From Nemertoderma westbladi (Eukaryota; Animalia; Xenacoelomorpha): a stretch of 58,164 bases of DNA. A program made the translations under genes and the position numbers. Shown piece after piece: positions 25,089 to 36,659 of the stretch. The stretch spans positions 1 through 58,164 of the forward strand of contig JAUCBJ010005217.1 of the NCBI GenBank assembly GCA_032718475.1, in the 5' to 3' direction. The notes under the pieces were generated by a model. It was not told where the DNA came from, made no database searches, and was given only the letters and a program-made list of their open reading frames with translations. How positions within the stretch are numbered: the first letter of the stretch is position 1; every line of letters starts with the position of its first letter.

Positions 25089-26374
25089 TAATCTGCCATA
25101 CCCAGACTGCTTCGACACGCATGAAATCAGTCTGTATCTTCCAGTGGTAGAGACAACAGTTAGTTGTAACTTAACTCTACCGGTTGTCTTACTGACAAAA
25201 TTACTCCATTGAGATCCACACAAAATCCGTATATCTCAAAAACTGAGATGGTCCAATTCATATTTCATTGAGGACAATTCTCGAAGAAAAAGAAACATTT
25301 ATAAAAATGGTGCTGTACTGTACTGCATTTCGCAAAGCACGTTATATATTTAAAAACTGTAACAAAAGTTCAGAATTCCGCCTTTGATAATTATTTGATA
25401 TCAATAGCCTTTCTCGTAAAAGCATTGTTGCTATAGAAACCGTAAGGAACTAAACCCCAGAGGTGTTTTACGTCTGCTTCCTGACAGTAATTAATTATTA
25501 ATTGATGATGCAAAGAACTACAGTAGCTGATCTACGTAAAACAACCTGTTTAAATAAGGCAAACATCCGCAACACTTCCAGGGTGCAACGGTGTCACGGT
25601 GACGGTAATGAAATGGTGTTTACTGTATATATAATTTATACACCATGTCCTGGAATAACGACACAATATTCCAGGACTTTAAAGTGCTAATTATGAGCAT
25701 TGGCGAATCTAATTTTATTTTAATAAAATTCTATAAGTTATAAAATGTTATATTTTATGAATTATTTGTAATTATGCATACCCGTACTTAAATATTCTAT
25801 AATATATTTTCATTTTAACGATTAGAGCCTACTCAGTAAATTTCATGAAGATTAATTATAATTTTATTTGTAGCTAAACCACAACAGATAAATCTTGCAT
25901 TTTCCCAACTCAGGCAAATGGACAATTAGTCAAGCACACTCAGGTTTGTTAGAAAACCATGGCAACCAGCCTTAAACAGTGGTTCAAAACTATAATTTGA
26001 ATAATTGGAGAACAATTTCAATGTGAGTAATACTGCATAAACTATTATTCTGCATACGAATTACATTGTTCTATTATTTAGCTTCTAAAACCGCTACTGC
26101 TTACTGTACAACGTTATACAGTAACTCTACCCATCTTACAGTGTTGAACTTAATAGTATACTGTAAATCACTGTTTTTGCTGAAAAGTAGTGAGGCTACC
26201 ATGCCTTTTAACTATGCAGAGTAACGGATATTTTACCAGTTGGTGGTGAGTTATAGTATTATAATTAATTGAACTCGCAACATAATTTAGGTATTAAAAT
26301 ACATGATTGAAATTCCGGCCAGGCAACGGACTAAGGAGTCGACGAAGTGTGATTGCGTTGTCTGGTAAATTATT

Positions 26375-26571
26375 AATGACCGGTTTACACGTGGGAACTT
26401 TTTGAGCAACTTTCTCAGCGACTTGGTGAGCAACTCAGGTGTCCGATCAAACACATTTCGTATTCATGTAAACACAAAGTTGCTGTAAAAAAAAGTTACC
26501 GAAAAAGTAAAAATTAAGTTGTTAGTTGCTGAACAAGTAGCATAAAATGTTGCCTCATGTAAACAGGTATT
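26375..26571. mobile_element. Old MITE, PIF/Harbinger-like termini
   Basis: Imperfect ~48-bp inverted arms ACCGGTTTACACG... / ...CATGTAAACAGGT; internal GCAACT repeats. Confidence 0.5.
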
Positions 26572-29094
26572 CTAGTACAAGTTGCCCTATAGAATTTTAT
26601 TATTTTGTTATTTTTATAGTGCAGCTCCATATTAACAATTTGCAGCAATTTTGGTGTCATTGGATGGCTAGAAGGTGCTATTTTTGATTCCAAGTAAATT
26701 TAAATATATCTTTCCATTATTATAGCGTATGGAGAGATAGTACCTGTATGTTCCATCAAATAGGTTGTGATTTCGCATTTCGTTGCCTAATTTGGCAACC
26801 TAATTTGGCACTGGCACTTAAGGTAGTCGTAATTATGCCAGTAACTCTACCATTCTTTCCTTATTTGACACGAATGACTTAGATGTGGAAGCTTTCCGAT
26901 CAGCAGCGCGTCTACTAATTCGTGCTAATAAATGTCCTAATCAAACAATACAAAAAGTTCTCAAAAGCAATCTGCTGCTGAACGATGTAACCCGCAATTA
27001 AAAGGTTCTACTTTTTGGAAATGTCTCAGAGAATTCCCGTGCCCCACATTAAAATCCATGGTTTATTACGAATATTCGAAAAATAAAATTCTAGAAAGTA
27101 TAACTAATGGACCAGCATCGACAAATGATATGAATAACACGGATTTTATTAAAGCCACATTCGAACTGTCAGGATTATCATTTGGTCGGAAGCACGAGAA
27201 GATCATGGAATATTTTGGAATCGACTCAAGTGACGGAACGGTTTAACACGTTAAGCGCGGATATCTAACCTCTATTGGTTGAACCAGTTTTAGTTTTTAT
27301 TACCTAACTATAATTTAAGCAAAGATGAACTTTTATTAGCGCGCCGGCCGATTTGTAATCGTTACTTTAAACTTGTAAAGCTAATTTCTTAATATGTTCC
27401 TATGTTTACTGACACATTATCTTATATCAACTTGATTGATTAAATATATTGAAATTTAATTGAATTTCTAGAACATAGTTGGACCTTCACACAATATTAT
27501 GGTAGCTATCAAATATTTTTATGGTAGCTAGTATTTTATGAAAATATTGCAAATAATAATTGTAAAATCAAATATTTGGTATTTTTATTTTCTCTAAACT
27601 AACAAAAATATGAATGTTTATTATTTATATGTGTTTTCCGTTATTTCTAATTCACAAGGCATTAATTGTTCTAGAACACAATTTAGCTAACTTTTGTTTT
27701 TTAAAATGGCTGTTTCTAGAGACTACATACGTAGTTATCCTACCGAACTGAACATAGAGGCCTGCATCACCCTGCAGAGATGCTACCTGAAGCTTGCTTT
27801 ACATTGCTATTGTTAAGTATATTAGTTAAAATTGTTTGCGCATTATCTTTCTGAGTAATATATAGGCCAACACTGCGCAGTATGTAATATACCTGATTTT
27901 AAAAAACGGATTCAGTGATATTTAAAGATATATAATAAGTAATTCTGATGTTTGTGCATGCGATGTTGATAATGAAAATGGTAAAGTCAATTTTATCAAC
28001 AGTTCATAAATAATTCAATATAAATCTGACATAATATTGTCACAAGCGTATCTAATACTTACGGGATTGAATGCAAAATGCAAATGCAATATGCATAGTC
28101 AGTCACAACAAACCTCAAAGTCCTTATGTACAAGTTATACAAACAGGCCTTACAAAAATGGACAGTAGTATTTTTGCATGAATGATAATGAATAATTCTG
28201 ATGTTTGAGCTGTTTGAGCTGTTTGTTGTATATTGAATCTTGGAAGCCTCTATTTATGAATAATTCAATATGAATCTGACAAATACTCTCAAAGGCGCAA
28301 AGGCGTATCATTATCTTATACAGTAGGTTGGAATTTTAAAATAATATGTATACAGAAACAATGAGTATAGTCAGCCGAAAACAAATAGCATAATGCCAGT
28401 GAGATAGATATATTTTGATGTTTTGAAGATTACCGCTACTTCTGCCTACAATCGAGACGTTACAATAATGACTAACTTGCATTTTTCATAAAAGTTGATA
28501 AACAAATATTAGTATTGTTATTGTGGTGTGAGGAACATATAAAGCCATGATGATCTTCCCTTTGTTACTATTGTTCACACTTGTGCCTGCCTATATATTT
28601 TGTTGTTGGTAAATAAAACCACGATGTTTGGCCTTCGCGCAGCACAAGAGCCATGTAATAAAATGTACTAAGGCTATTTAAGTTAAGTATGATATTTTTA
28701 GTTTTACAATACTCGCCTCTTTCATTAGCCTCGTTGCGTTCTTCCTGTTTTGCTCAAATTTATTTTCTTAAACGCGGACTGACGACCTTTATAACTATGC
28801 AAAGTCTCGAAACTGTGTGAGTAATTAGTAATTTATGGCAGATGGATACTCGTATCTACTGCCAACTCGTTCCGTTCATCCTGTACAACCTGGTCACCAA
28901 ATTCATACCCTAGAACATTCCATATATGTCATTTTATCCACTACTAATAATTGGATAAAATGGCACATCGTCCAATATTCTAAAAGGAACTACTATAGAA
29001 TATATTGTTAACCATGTACAACACTTTTGGATTATTTTATTATATTATTATTATTATTTATATTTGCTGCTTATATATGTATATATATGCTTTA

Positions 29095-29258
29095 TACTAC
29101 TACTATACTACTACTGCTACCTACTACTACTAGGATCGGCATGCTGCATTGCAGCTGCATTTTTAAGAATGCTGTGCTGGCTTGTCGACTAAATTGCGCC
29201 GCCATAACTCCCTATCACCCATGACATTTGCTAGATCATCCGCATCTTCAAGGCCAAT
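29095..29258 (-). mobile_element. 3' end of RTE family B LINE, cut off by the LTR insertion
   Basis: (CTA)n tail then reverse complement of 11430-11550; continues at 39875. Confidence 0.9.
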
Positions 29259-30506
29259 TGTACGCGCTTTTGAAGACCTTTAGCAGTTTAACCTGCCAAA
29301 TTTTATATGTCTTTTGGTTTATAAATCGACTCTAGAAAATGACAATATTTAATACCAATAAACACAACATTAGCAGAAGCCAGCCTAGTGCGCGTCCATT
29401 CACCCGCTGGATAATCCCGGGAGACTGGATTCTGAGGGCTTAGATTATTATTGCAGTGAAGCTTACGGTATTGTATTATTCGATTGATCGTTAATAAATA
29501 ATTTCTGACTAATATTATTCACTTTCGGGAAATATTAACAGTTCCTTTAGGACGTGGCGCTCTATCTAAGTAAACAGAGATATGACTTATACTAATCACA
29601 ACGGTAAGTCGGTAAGGCTTATGATTCACGTATGAGGCGCATTCTTTAGGAAATGCTTAGTTATCAATCACAATCATGCACACTACCGGTAACACACAAT
29701 ACTGCCCACTAATTTGCCGACCGTCAATGATTTTTATCATATATAAAGAGAACAGCAACGGACCAATGTAGTGCTTATCAAATAGCATTAAATTCACTAC
29801 AAACCACAACAATATAAGTCGCAATCGCTATATATATAACCCGCCTCTCTAACCTGTAGTGTATCAAGAAAATTGGGAAATTTGGGTTCTTTATAAATGT
29901 TCTCCAAATAATATTCAATCCACTGATATAAGATATGACAACAGTAAAACATTAAGACGGTAGGTTAAGATATGATATGCACTGATATGGACCGATATGT
30001 GAGTTGTTATGAACCGATAACAGTCATACGTTCTATAATCTTAAGCCTACTAATGTTTCTTTCTAGAGCCGTTGTTTCTGGCTTAGACAGCAATAACAAC
30101 AAAGTATCAGTAAAAAACTGTAAGACTGAACAATCCCAGTATGATCGGCTCAAAGCTCCACATCGACAGAGAGAATCGCTCTGATTGGCTGAAGCCAAAC
30201 AAAGAACCATGCGTCCAATGGCTGTTTCCATTTAAGCAACCAGCTGCTAGATGTCGTAATCTGAATCATCACGGCTAAGCTGTGTAAAAGTATTTGCCGT
30301 ATTGCGGGTTTTTTGCCTTACCATGTCCGCTAAAACACGTATATAGCAGAATGACTTTTATGTCCGTTAAAACACCTGTAACGGTACCTTGCGGGCGAGG
30401 GGAATATATATACAGTTAGAGAACCTTTTTTAGAGTATTCCAGCGCCTGGGGGGAAACTGGATTGCGAAGCAAAGGGGCCAGTTATATCCCACAGAAGCT
30501 TTTACA
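29259..30506 (-). repeat. 3' LTR (1,248 bp)
   Basis: Direct repeat of 38626-39869; only a 4-bp indel and 2 substitutions noticed. Confidence 0.97.
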
Positions 30507-30584
30507 CCGCTCCCAGAAAATGGGATTTGAGTCTATAAAATATACAAAATCACAGTTTCTAATATACGTAAATACTCTAAGCAG

Positions 30585-31817
30585 TTAGTCTTTCTTGCGC
30601 GGACGGCGTTTACGCAGTTTTTTAAAGCTAGCCAGAGTCCTTTTCTCTTTGGGGCGAGCCACTTTACAAGGAGGGCTATAACTCCTGGGTGAAGGGTGCA
30701 ATATGATTGCATCAGAGGGTGTAGGATTATGGTCGGTGTATCCGTCAGTCGAAGTACCGGGTTGATTGACATCAACGTCAGGTGAGAGGGGTCTAACGGC
30801 TTTGAGAGCTCGTTTCAAGACAGCCGCTCTTACGGGTCCTTTACGAGTGGTCTGAACGAGGGCCGTGGGTGGACCATAGGCAGTTAGAAACTTCCGGGGT
30901 TTAATGGTCCTTTCCAACTCGCGTTCGCGGGCTCGGTATTCGTAAGGCCGTCGATATACTTCCTGTAACTCGGGGTGTGAGTCAACAAACAAGTCTCCAT
31001 AGTCTGGATCCTGACGGATATAATTGATTAAGTTATAGGAATGAAGGTCGCTAGGATTAACACTCCTGAGAAATTTGCGTACGAATTTGGTTGAAATACA
31101 TTCTCCGACGCGCTTCAGTAGCTCGTAACTTGATATGCGTGATTTCTGTTCAACCGAAGCGAATAGATAAGGATGGAACGCATAAACTCCTTCGTAAGCG
31201 CGTCCGGGATAATAGCGATGGCGCGAATCACAATGTAAATCAACGTTCGCTTCCCAAGCTCTGATGTAACGCAGTGTGGTCATTTCATCTACGCTTTCCA
31301 AATCGTGATTAAAAGGGCAGTCGAAACTAGCATGTCCCTTTAGTTGACAATGGTGACATTGAGTCATAAATTGAGGGCAAACCGCAAAGATATGCAGGTT
31401 ATTGAGTCTGCAATATGCGCAATAAATTTCCATAGTCGGTTGTTCTTTGAAATAGGAACAGCGGACGTTGGTGTCCATGGGCGTATCGTGGTCTCTCGAT
31501 GCGCATAACCGACAACGTTGCCTAGAAACATAGTTGGCATGTCGATAATCGTACGCAGTGAGACACTGTGGACCTTGATACCATTCTAGGATGTAATCGT
31601 TGTCGCTGTTCCGGGCGCGATAGGCTGAATCTCCTCAGATTCTAGGCATATTGGTTCGTCTTCCCAGTCTGTTACGAATAGAATTTTCGTGATCTATTCT
31701 CGGTTTATCGTTCCGACTCCGCTGGGTATGATATTTAAATAGAACCATTTCCCTTTCGGTGTCTACATCGTCCGTATCATGTAAATCGATAGGATGGCCG
31801 GTAGCTAGGAAGTCCAA
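30585..31817 (-). CDS. Extra ORF of the BEL element: three zinc-knuckle-like motifs and basic C-terminus; one internal TGA at 31635-31637
   Basis: ORFs 31635-31817 and 30585-31478 are in one frame joined by 52 stop-free codons; CRLCASRDH-x9-C, CAYCRLNNLHIFAVC, CHHCQLKGHASFDC; ends KKLRKRRPRKKD. Confidence 0.7.
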
Positions 31818-32495
31818 ATATTAAATTAATATTTAGGATGGGCACCGATTTATTCCAGAGCTAATCTGGGGACGTTAACCACTGATTCTAGAATTTTGTC
31901 TTTCAAGTATATCGGTGGGTGCCGCGATATCTTAATCGACTAGAATTACAGATGGTCAAAAGTTTAACAGATTTATTTGCGTTTTACGCTACTGTTATAT
32001 GGACATCACGCTACTATATGTATTATTTAATATAAGGTAGAAGAGCAATATCGCACGAAGCAATGTCAGTGTGAAGAGGCAAGTCGTTTCCAAGGTCTAC
32101 CCAGAGCTTGGTTTAGCCGAGACACGAGGATCTGAACTTTGCATTCCTAATACTCTGCCTACCAATAATACTTGAATATAGTAGGAGCTTTATTGTACTT
32201 TAATAAGTACGGACATTTCATCTTACTGTAGTCACGTATTTATAATATGATACGGACAGTAAGGAAAGAGAAAAATAATTATTTCTCGCCGTCGCACTAA
32301 ATATATATTATAAGTAATTACATACGTAATAAACACTAATATATTGCACTAATCTACTAAATAATCACTAAAATAACATTCTACTAAATAAAATTAAAGA
32401 AAACGATTATAATAAAATTACATAATAATACATACATAAATATAAAATAAAAACAAATATAAAATGATATAGTCACACGCCCACTCCACATGCTA

Positions 32496-35400
32496 TCACG
32501 TTATGGAGTCCCTAGATATTTGTCGGATTAGGGAGGTGGTCGTGGGAAGAGTATCTTGCCTTTCATAGTTTCCGGACAGTTTTCGGTCTCTTTCCAGTAA
32601 ACATAAACGACTAGCTGGGCGATTGAGTTGTTGTGTTAGTTTCTCCGCTCCCTTGGCCTGTCTACTCTCCGCCGTGGTAAGATGAGGAGGCCATTCTTCT
32701 TCTTCTTTACTTAAGAAGTCGGATCCACCTAACCAGCCTGGAGTATCTATCAGTTCTTGAGGAGTTGCTCCTCTGGAAGCGATGTCGGCTGGATTAATCG
32801 TCCCAAGACAATGTCTCCATTGATCTACATTGGAGTTAATATCGTCATTATCTGAGGAGTATGGTGTTCCCTCAGTTGGGTCGTCCACCTCACTGCTCTC
32901 CACTTCCCATTCCTTTACTTGGTATACCTGTTGTTGAGGTAATCTCTCTTTGAGAGTTCTACGGGAAGGGCCAGTGAAGTACCAACCTACTCTAGTTCTT
33001 ACCGCATAAGTTTGTAATGGCTGCGGTTGAGCAGGCCGTTTCTCCAATGTCTCGAGCGCCTCATGCGCGTTTTGGCCGATGAGGATTTGCACTCCAGGAT
33101 AATCGGTTTGGAATCGAGGTATCTCAAGATGTTGGATGCACTCGTCCTCGTCCCAGTTATAAGGTTCTGCTTGAGTAGTAGCAAAGTTCTTTATAGCCAC
33201 CATTTTTACTGACCTTATACCTTGTGTTCCTAACTTATCCTGGGGGGTAGACAACACACCTACATAGTAATCTGCCGTTAGGGTAGATTTCCAAACCTGC
33301 ATAATTCCTGACATATTCAATTTAGTCCGGAACTTGGGTTGTCCAGCAAAGATATCTTCGGCTAGTTCTTGATCGATGAATGTTCCTGTGCTGCCGGAGT
33401 CAAGGAGGGCGTTCACTATGTAGCTTTTGTTAAGACCGTGAACTCTTACTTGAACTACAGGAAATTCTCTGATTCCTACGTTGGAAGCTGGAGCTTTCCA
33501 AGATGGTTGTTTGGCGAAAGTAGTTGGGGGAAACTCATCGTTGATGTCCTTTTCGTAAGTAAGTGCTCGATACACTGCGGTATTGATTAGATAACAGGAT
33601 TCGTTGGCGTCGGAGAATTCGTCAGTATAGAATCCTTCCATCTCAGATTCTTGATCAGTGTCGTTTACATCACTGAATTGGACATGTAGTTCGGGCTCAC
33701 TTACCTGACTCTGGTTGTTTCGTTCGAACTCACTGTGTAACAAGATGTGATGTTTCGCGCCACACTTTGCACACTTTATATCGGAGTAACAGGTTCGCCG
33801 TTGGTGTCCTGATCTGAGGCAATTATAGCATAACCGCTTATTCCACAGGACTGTACGTCTGTCTACAAGGGATTTCTTTAGAAATTCAGCACACGCACTC
33901 AAACGGTGGGGCCCGTCGCACAGCGCACATTTTGGTTTGATGTTACTCACCTTAACTTGGTTAACGTTCTGCACTCTCGTTCTTTCTTCGGGCTTTCTTC
34001 CGTGAATTCTCTTAGGAGACGTAGGAGGAGTTGTTGTTACCTGTTCTCTCCTGTCACTGGTTCGAGACTTGTATTTACTTACGTCTTTATAGGTCTTGTT
34101 GTCATAGTAAGATTTTGCTGTGTCTTTCCCGCTGTCCTCTTCTTGAGAAGCTTGGCTTTCGCCGTCGTCAGTATAACACACTGGTATTATCCTTCTCCTA
34201 GAAACGGGTTTCTCACTTACCTTATTTTCCGATGTTTTCTCTCTGGACTGCCTTATGAGTTGTAATTTTACTTCACTATCTAAGAAGGACATGAGATCAG
34301 CCATGGTAGGACTTCGTCGTTGTTGTTCATTCATGTACAACACTTTCTTGTCCCAGCGCGTACATACTCCACCCTTTGGTAAAGTAGAGACTACGGCTCC
34401 AATGACCATGGAACTCTGATATTCATGCGACTTACCTAACCAGTCCAGTTGTCTACAGATCTCTTGAATTTCATCGGAAAACTCTATAATCCCGCTACTA
34501 AGGAAGTGTCGGGGGGCTACTAATTTTGCATACAAATACTTAGCTATGTTATCCTTGTTACCATACCTGATGTTTAATGTATCCCAAACTTGTCTTAATC
34601 CATCTGGATGTCCAATAAACTTTAACGCCATTAACTTGGGAGGTCCTTCCAAGCACTTGATGAGGAATCTAAGTTTCTCTCCGTTAGATAGTACAGAGTT
34701 CTGTATGCTATCTTTGTAATATTCGTTGAAAGGTAACCATTTCATCTCATCTCCATTGAATTTGACGATCTCTCCCACTTTGACCGCTTGGCGGGCTTCT
34801 GTTCTAGCCATCTGACGCGTAAAGTTTTCTTGGGCCATCGTGTTATTTAATATCGAATTATCGGTATATAAAGTTCTCGGATCATTATCAGGTCTATAGG
34901 GAATATCATTAATAACAGGTCTATAATCACCCTTAATAGGGTTTGCTATAGGAGTTTCAACTTCACTAGCAGTATAGATGCGTGTAGGCTCCACACCTTG
35001 CGCATGTAATACTTCAGACCTAACAGGTTGACACAATGTTACAGGGGGTATTGGTATGCTCTTTTGTATATTGACTAATTTGTCGCATTCTAGCGCGATA
35101 CTTTGCTGCACTTCTTGCAACTCTGCTCTACCTTCCCTCACTGTTCCCTTAAGTTGGTGGACAGTCTCCTGCATCTGTCCTAGCAGGAGATTCATCCCCC
35201 GCCGTCCCTCTTCCACCCACTCAACCGCCGAAGCGGGAGTCGCCAACATAGTAGCGGGCTGACGCGGGACGACGGGAGACAAATCTTTGATTTCTCTCTC
35301 TGCTATCCGGACAGGGATATTCTCTTGGACTGTTCTACCGGGTACAGGCAGTGTAGTACTATGTAAAGGGAATTTAGAGTTAAGCTCTGGAAGTACAGGG

Positions 35401-36659
35401 GTCTCTAACACAGAAGTGACTTTGGGAACGACAGGCCTAATTATCTCAGGCTCATCAACTATTGTAGAGAGTCTTTGGACCTTAATACTTTGGGCTGTAG
35501 GTTCTATACTACTCAAGTCTGTGCTAGCTAGCTGTCTTCTAACAGCTGGGGGCAAATCAGGCAATTTGCGACGGTAAGATGTTTTTCTACGCCTACTTAG
35601 ATGAGATCTATTTCCTCCGCCTTCAGGATCGGTAGTCTCGCCTTCCTCCGAGGATGTGTATCCCTGGCGCTTGGGAGTAGATTTTCTCATCATCTGCATT
35701 TGATTAGCAGTAAACTGTTTATTTATACTGTCTTGCGTCTCTTGCAGATTTTCCAACTCCAGTTGGATAGTCTCCTCAGAAGCTCTTCGTTCTGCTTCTG
35801 CCACTGCTGCTTTTCTTTCTGCTTCTGCTTCTGCCGCCTTTCTTTCGGCTTCTGCTTCTGCCGACTTTCTTTCGGCTTCTGCTTCTGCCGCCGCTGCTGC
35901 TGCCACCTTTCTTTTCTCTATCCGTTCTTTCTTTACTTGTTCTTCTCGGACTCTAATGAGGCAGAGTTTTTCATCACATTCAGCTTGGTTTGCAGCTAAC
36001 ATTTCGGCATCGATTGAGTCCAACACAAGCTTGGTTCCTTCACTATTAGGGGAAAGTCCAGACAGCCGTCTCCTCAACTCTTCGTCTCCTAGGAATCGCT
36101 GATAGTCGGACAAATAAATGTCGATAGCGTCTCTAGTTCGCGGCTTCTCTGCTGATGTTAATTCGCTTTCCACTTCGCTTTCCACCTCGCTTTCCACTTC
36201 GCTTTCCACCTCACTTTCCACTTCGCTTTCCACCTCACTTTCCACTTGAGAAGAAGTGGCGTCGGTTGATTCTTCATAGGTTGGCCGCTCATCATAAAAC
36301 GTATCCGCCATCTTCGCTCCGCGTTCGGGCGTCCGCTCAACAGTATCCGAACTACTGGAGCTATCGGGCCGCTGAGAACTAGGTTCTTGGCTAGGAGGTT
36401 GCTGCTGTTTTATAGCTTCTTCTTGATCCCGCTTGACTTGGGCCCGAGTGCCTATGGCAGACCAACGGCGCTTCACTAACTTCGCAAATTGCAAAATCTT
36501 TTCTACCAACCTAGGTTCTGACACAACCACTGCAGGGGTTGCCCTTCTTACAGTATGAGGGGTTTCAGACCTCGGTCTGGGATTCTCTACACTTTGATCT
36601 GAGAAACAGGCTGTTGTTTCTAGGAGACTATCTGACAGAGTTTGCCTTGTGTCAGCCAT
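32496..36659 (-). CDS. gag: BEL/Pao Gag-protease polyprotein with only remnants of RNase H and integrase
   Basis: DUF1759-like KFNGDEMKW...EKLRFLIKCLEG; CALCDGPHRLSAC, CYNCLRSGHQRRTC, CAKCGAKHHILLH; protease ALLDSGS, ILIGQN, RTRVGW; then WRHCLGTINPADIASRG and LNRPASRLCLLE. Confidence 0.92.
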   Translation of the reverse strand: MADTRQTLSDSLLETTACFSDQSVENPRPRSETPHTVRRATPAVVVSEPRLVEKILQFAKLVKRRWSAIGTRAQVKRDQEEAIKQQQPPSQEPSSQRPDSSSSSDTVERTPERGAKMADTFYDERPTYEESTDATSSQVESEVESEVESEVESEVESEVESEVESELTSAEKPRTRDAIDIYLSDYQRFLGDEELRRRLSGLSPNSEGTKLVLDSIDAEMLAANQAECDEKLCLIRVREEQVKKERIEKRKVAAAAAAEAEAERKSAEAEAERKAAEAEAERKAAVAEAERRASEETIQLELENLQETQDSINKQFTANQMQMMRKSTPKRQGYTSSEEGETTDPEGGGNRSHLSRRRKTSYRRKLPDLPPAVRRQLASTDLSSIEPTAQSIKVQRLSTIVDEPEIIRPVVPKVTSVLETPVLPELNSKFPLHSTTLPVPGRTVQENIPVRIAEREIKDLSPVVPRQPATMLATPASAVEWVEEGRRGMNLLLGQMQETVHQLKGTVREGRAELQEVQQSIALECDKLVNIQKSIPIPPVTLCQPVRSEVLHAQGVEPTRIYTASEVETPIANPIKGDYRPVINDIPYRPDNDPRTLYTDNSILNNTMAQENFTRQMARTEARQAVKVGEIVKFNGDEMKWLPFNEYYKDSIQNSVLSNGEKLRFLIKCLEGPPKLMALKFIGHPDGLRQVWDTLNIRYGNKDNIAKYLYAKLVAPRHFLSSGIIEFSDEIQEICRQLDWLGKSHEYQSSMVIGAVVSTLPKGGVCTRWDKKVLYMNEQQRRSPTMADLMSFLDSEVKLQLIRQSREKTSENKVSEKPVSRRRIIPVCYTDDGESQASQEEDSGKDTAKSYYDNKTYKDVSKYKSRTSDRREQVTTTPPTSPKRIHGRKPEERTRVQNVNQVKVSNIKPKCALCDGPHRLSACAEFLKKSLVDRRTVLWNKRLCYNCLRSGHQRRTCYSDIKCAKCGAKHHILLHSEFERNNQSQVSEPELHVQFSDVNDTDQESEMEGFYTDEFSDANESCYLINTAVYRALTYEKDINDEFPPTTFAKQPSWKAPASNVGIREFPVVQVRVHGLNKSYIVNALLDSGSTGTFIDQELAEDIFAGQPKFRTKLNMSGIMQVWKSTLTADYYVGVLSTPQDKLGTQGIRSVKMVAIKNFATTQAEPYNWDEDECIQHLEIPRFQTDYPGVQILIGQNAHEALETLEKRPAQPQPLQTYAVRTRVGWYFTGPSRRTLKERLPQQQVYQVKEWEVESSEVDDPTEGTPYSSDNDDINSNVDQWRHCLGTINPADIASRGATPQELIDTPGWLGGSDFLSKEEEEWPPHLTTAESRQAKGAEKLTQQLNRPASRLCLLERDRKLSGNYERQDTLPTTTSLIRQISRDSIT

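Noticed and set aside
21305-25150. 1281-aa mucin-like ORF
   Set aside because: Stop-free 38-bp satellite read through all three frames (38-aa period); it starts in a LINE 3' UTR.
26850-27246. Protein-like frameshifted stretch ending in the 62-aa ORF
   Set aside because: No recognisable domain or clear splice signals; needs BLASTx.
29972-30231. Small ORFs in the LTRs (also 39335-39594)
   Set aside because: Short, no motifs, duplicated only because the LTRs are; the + strand one is shortened by a stop in the other LTR.
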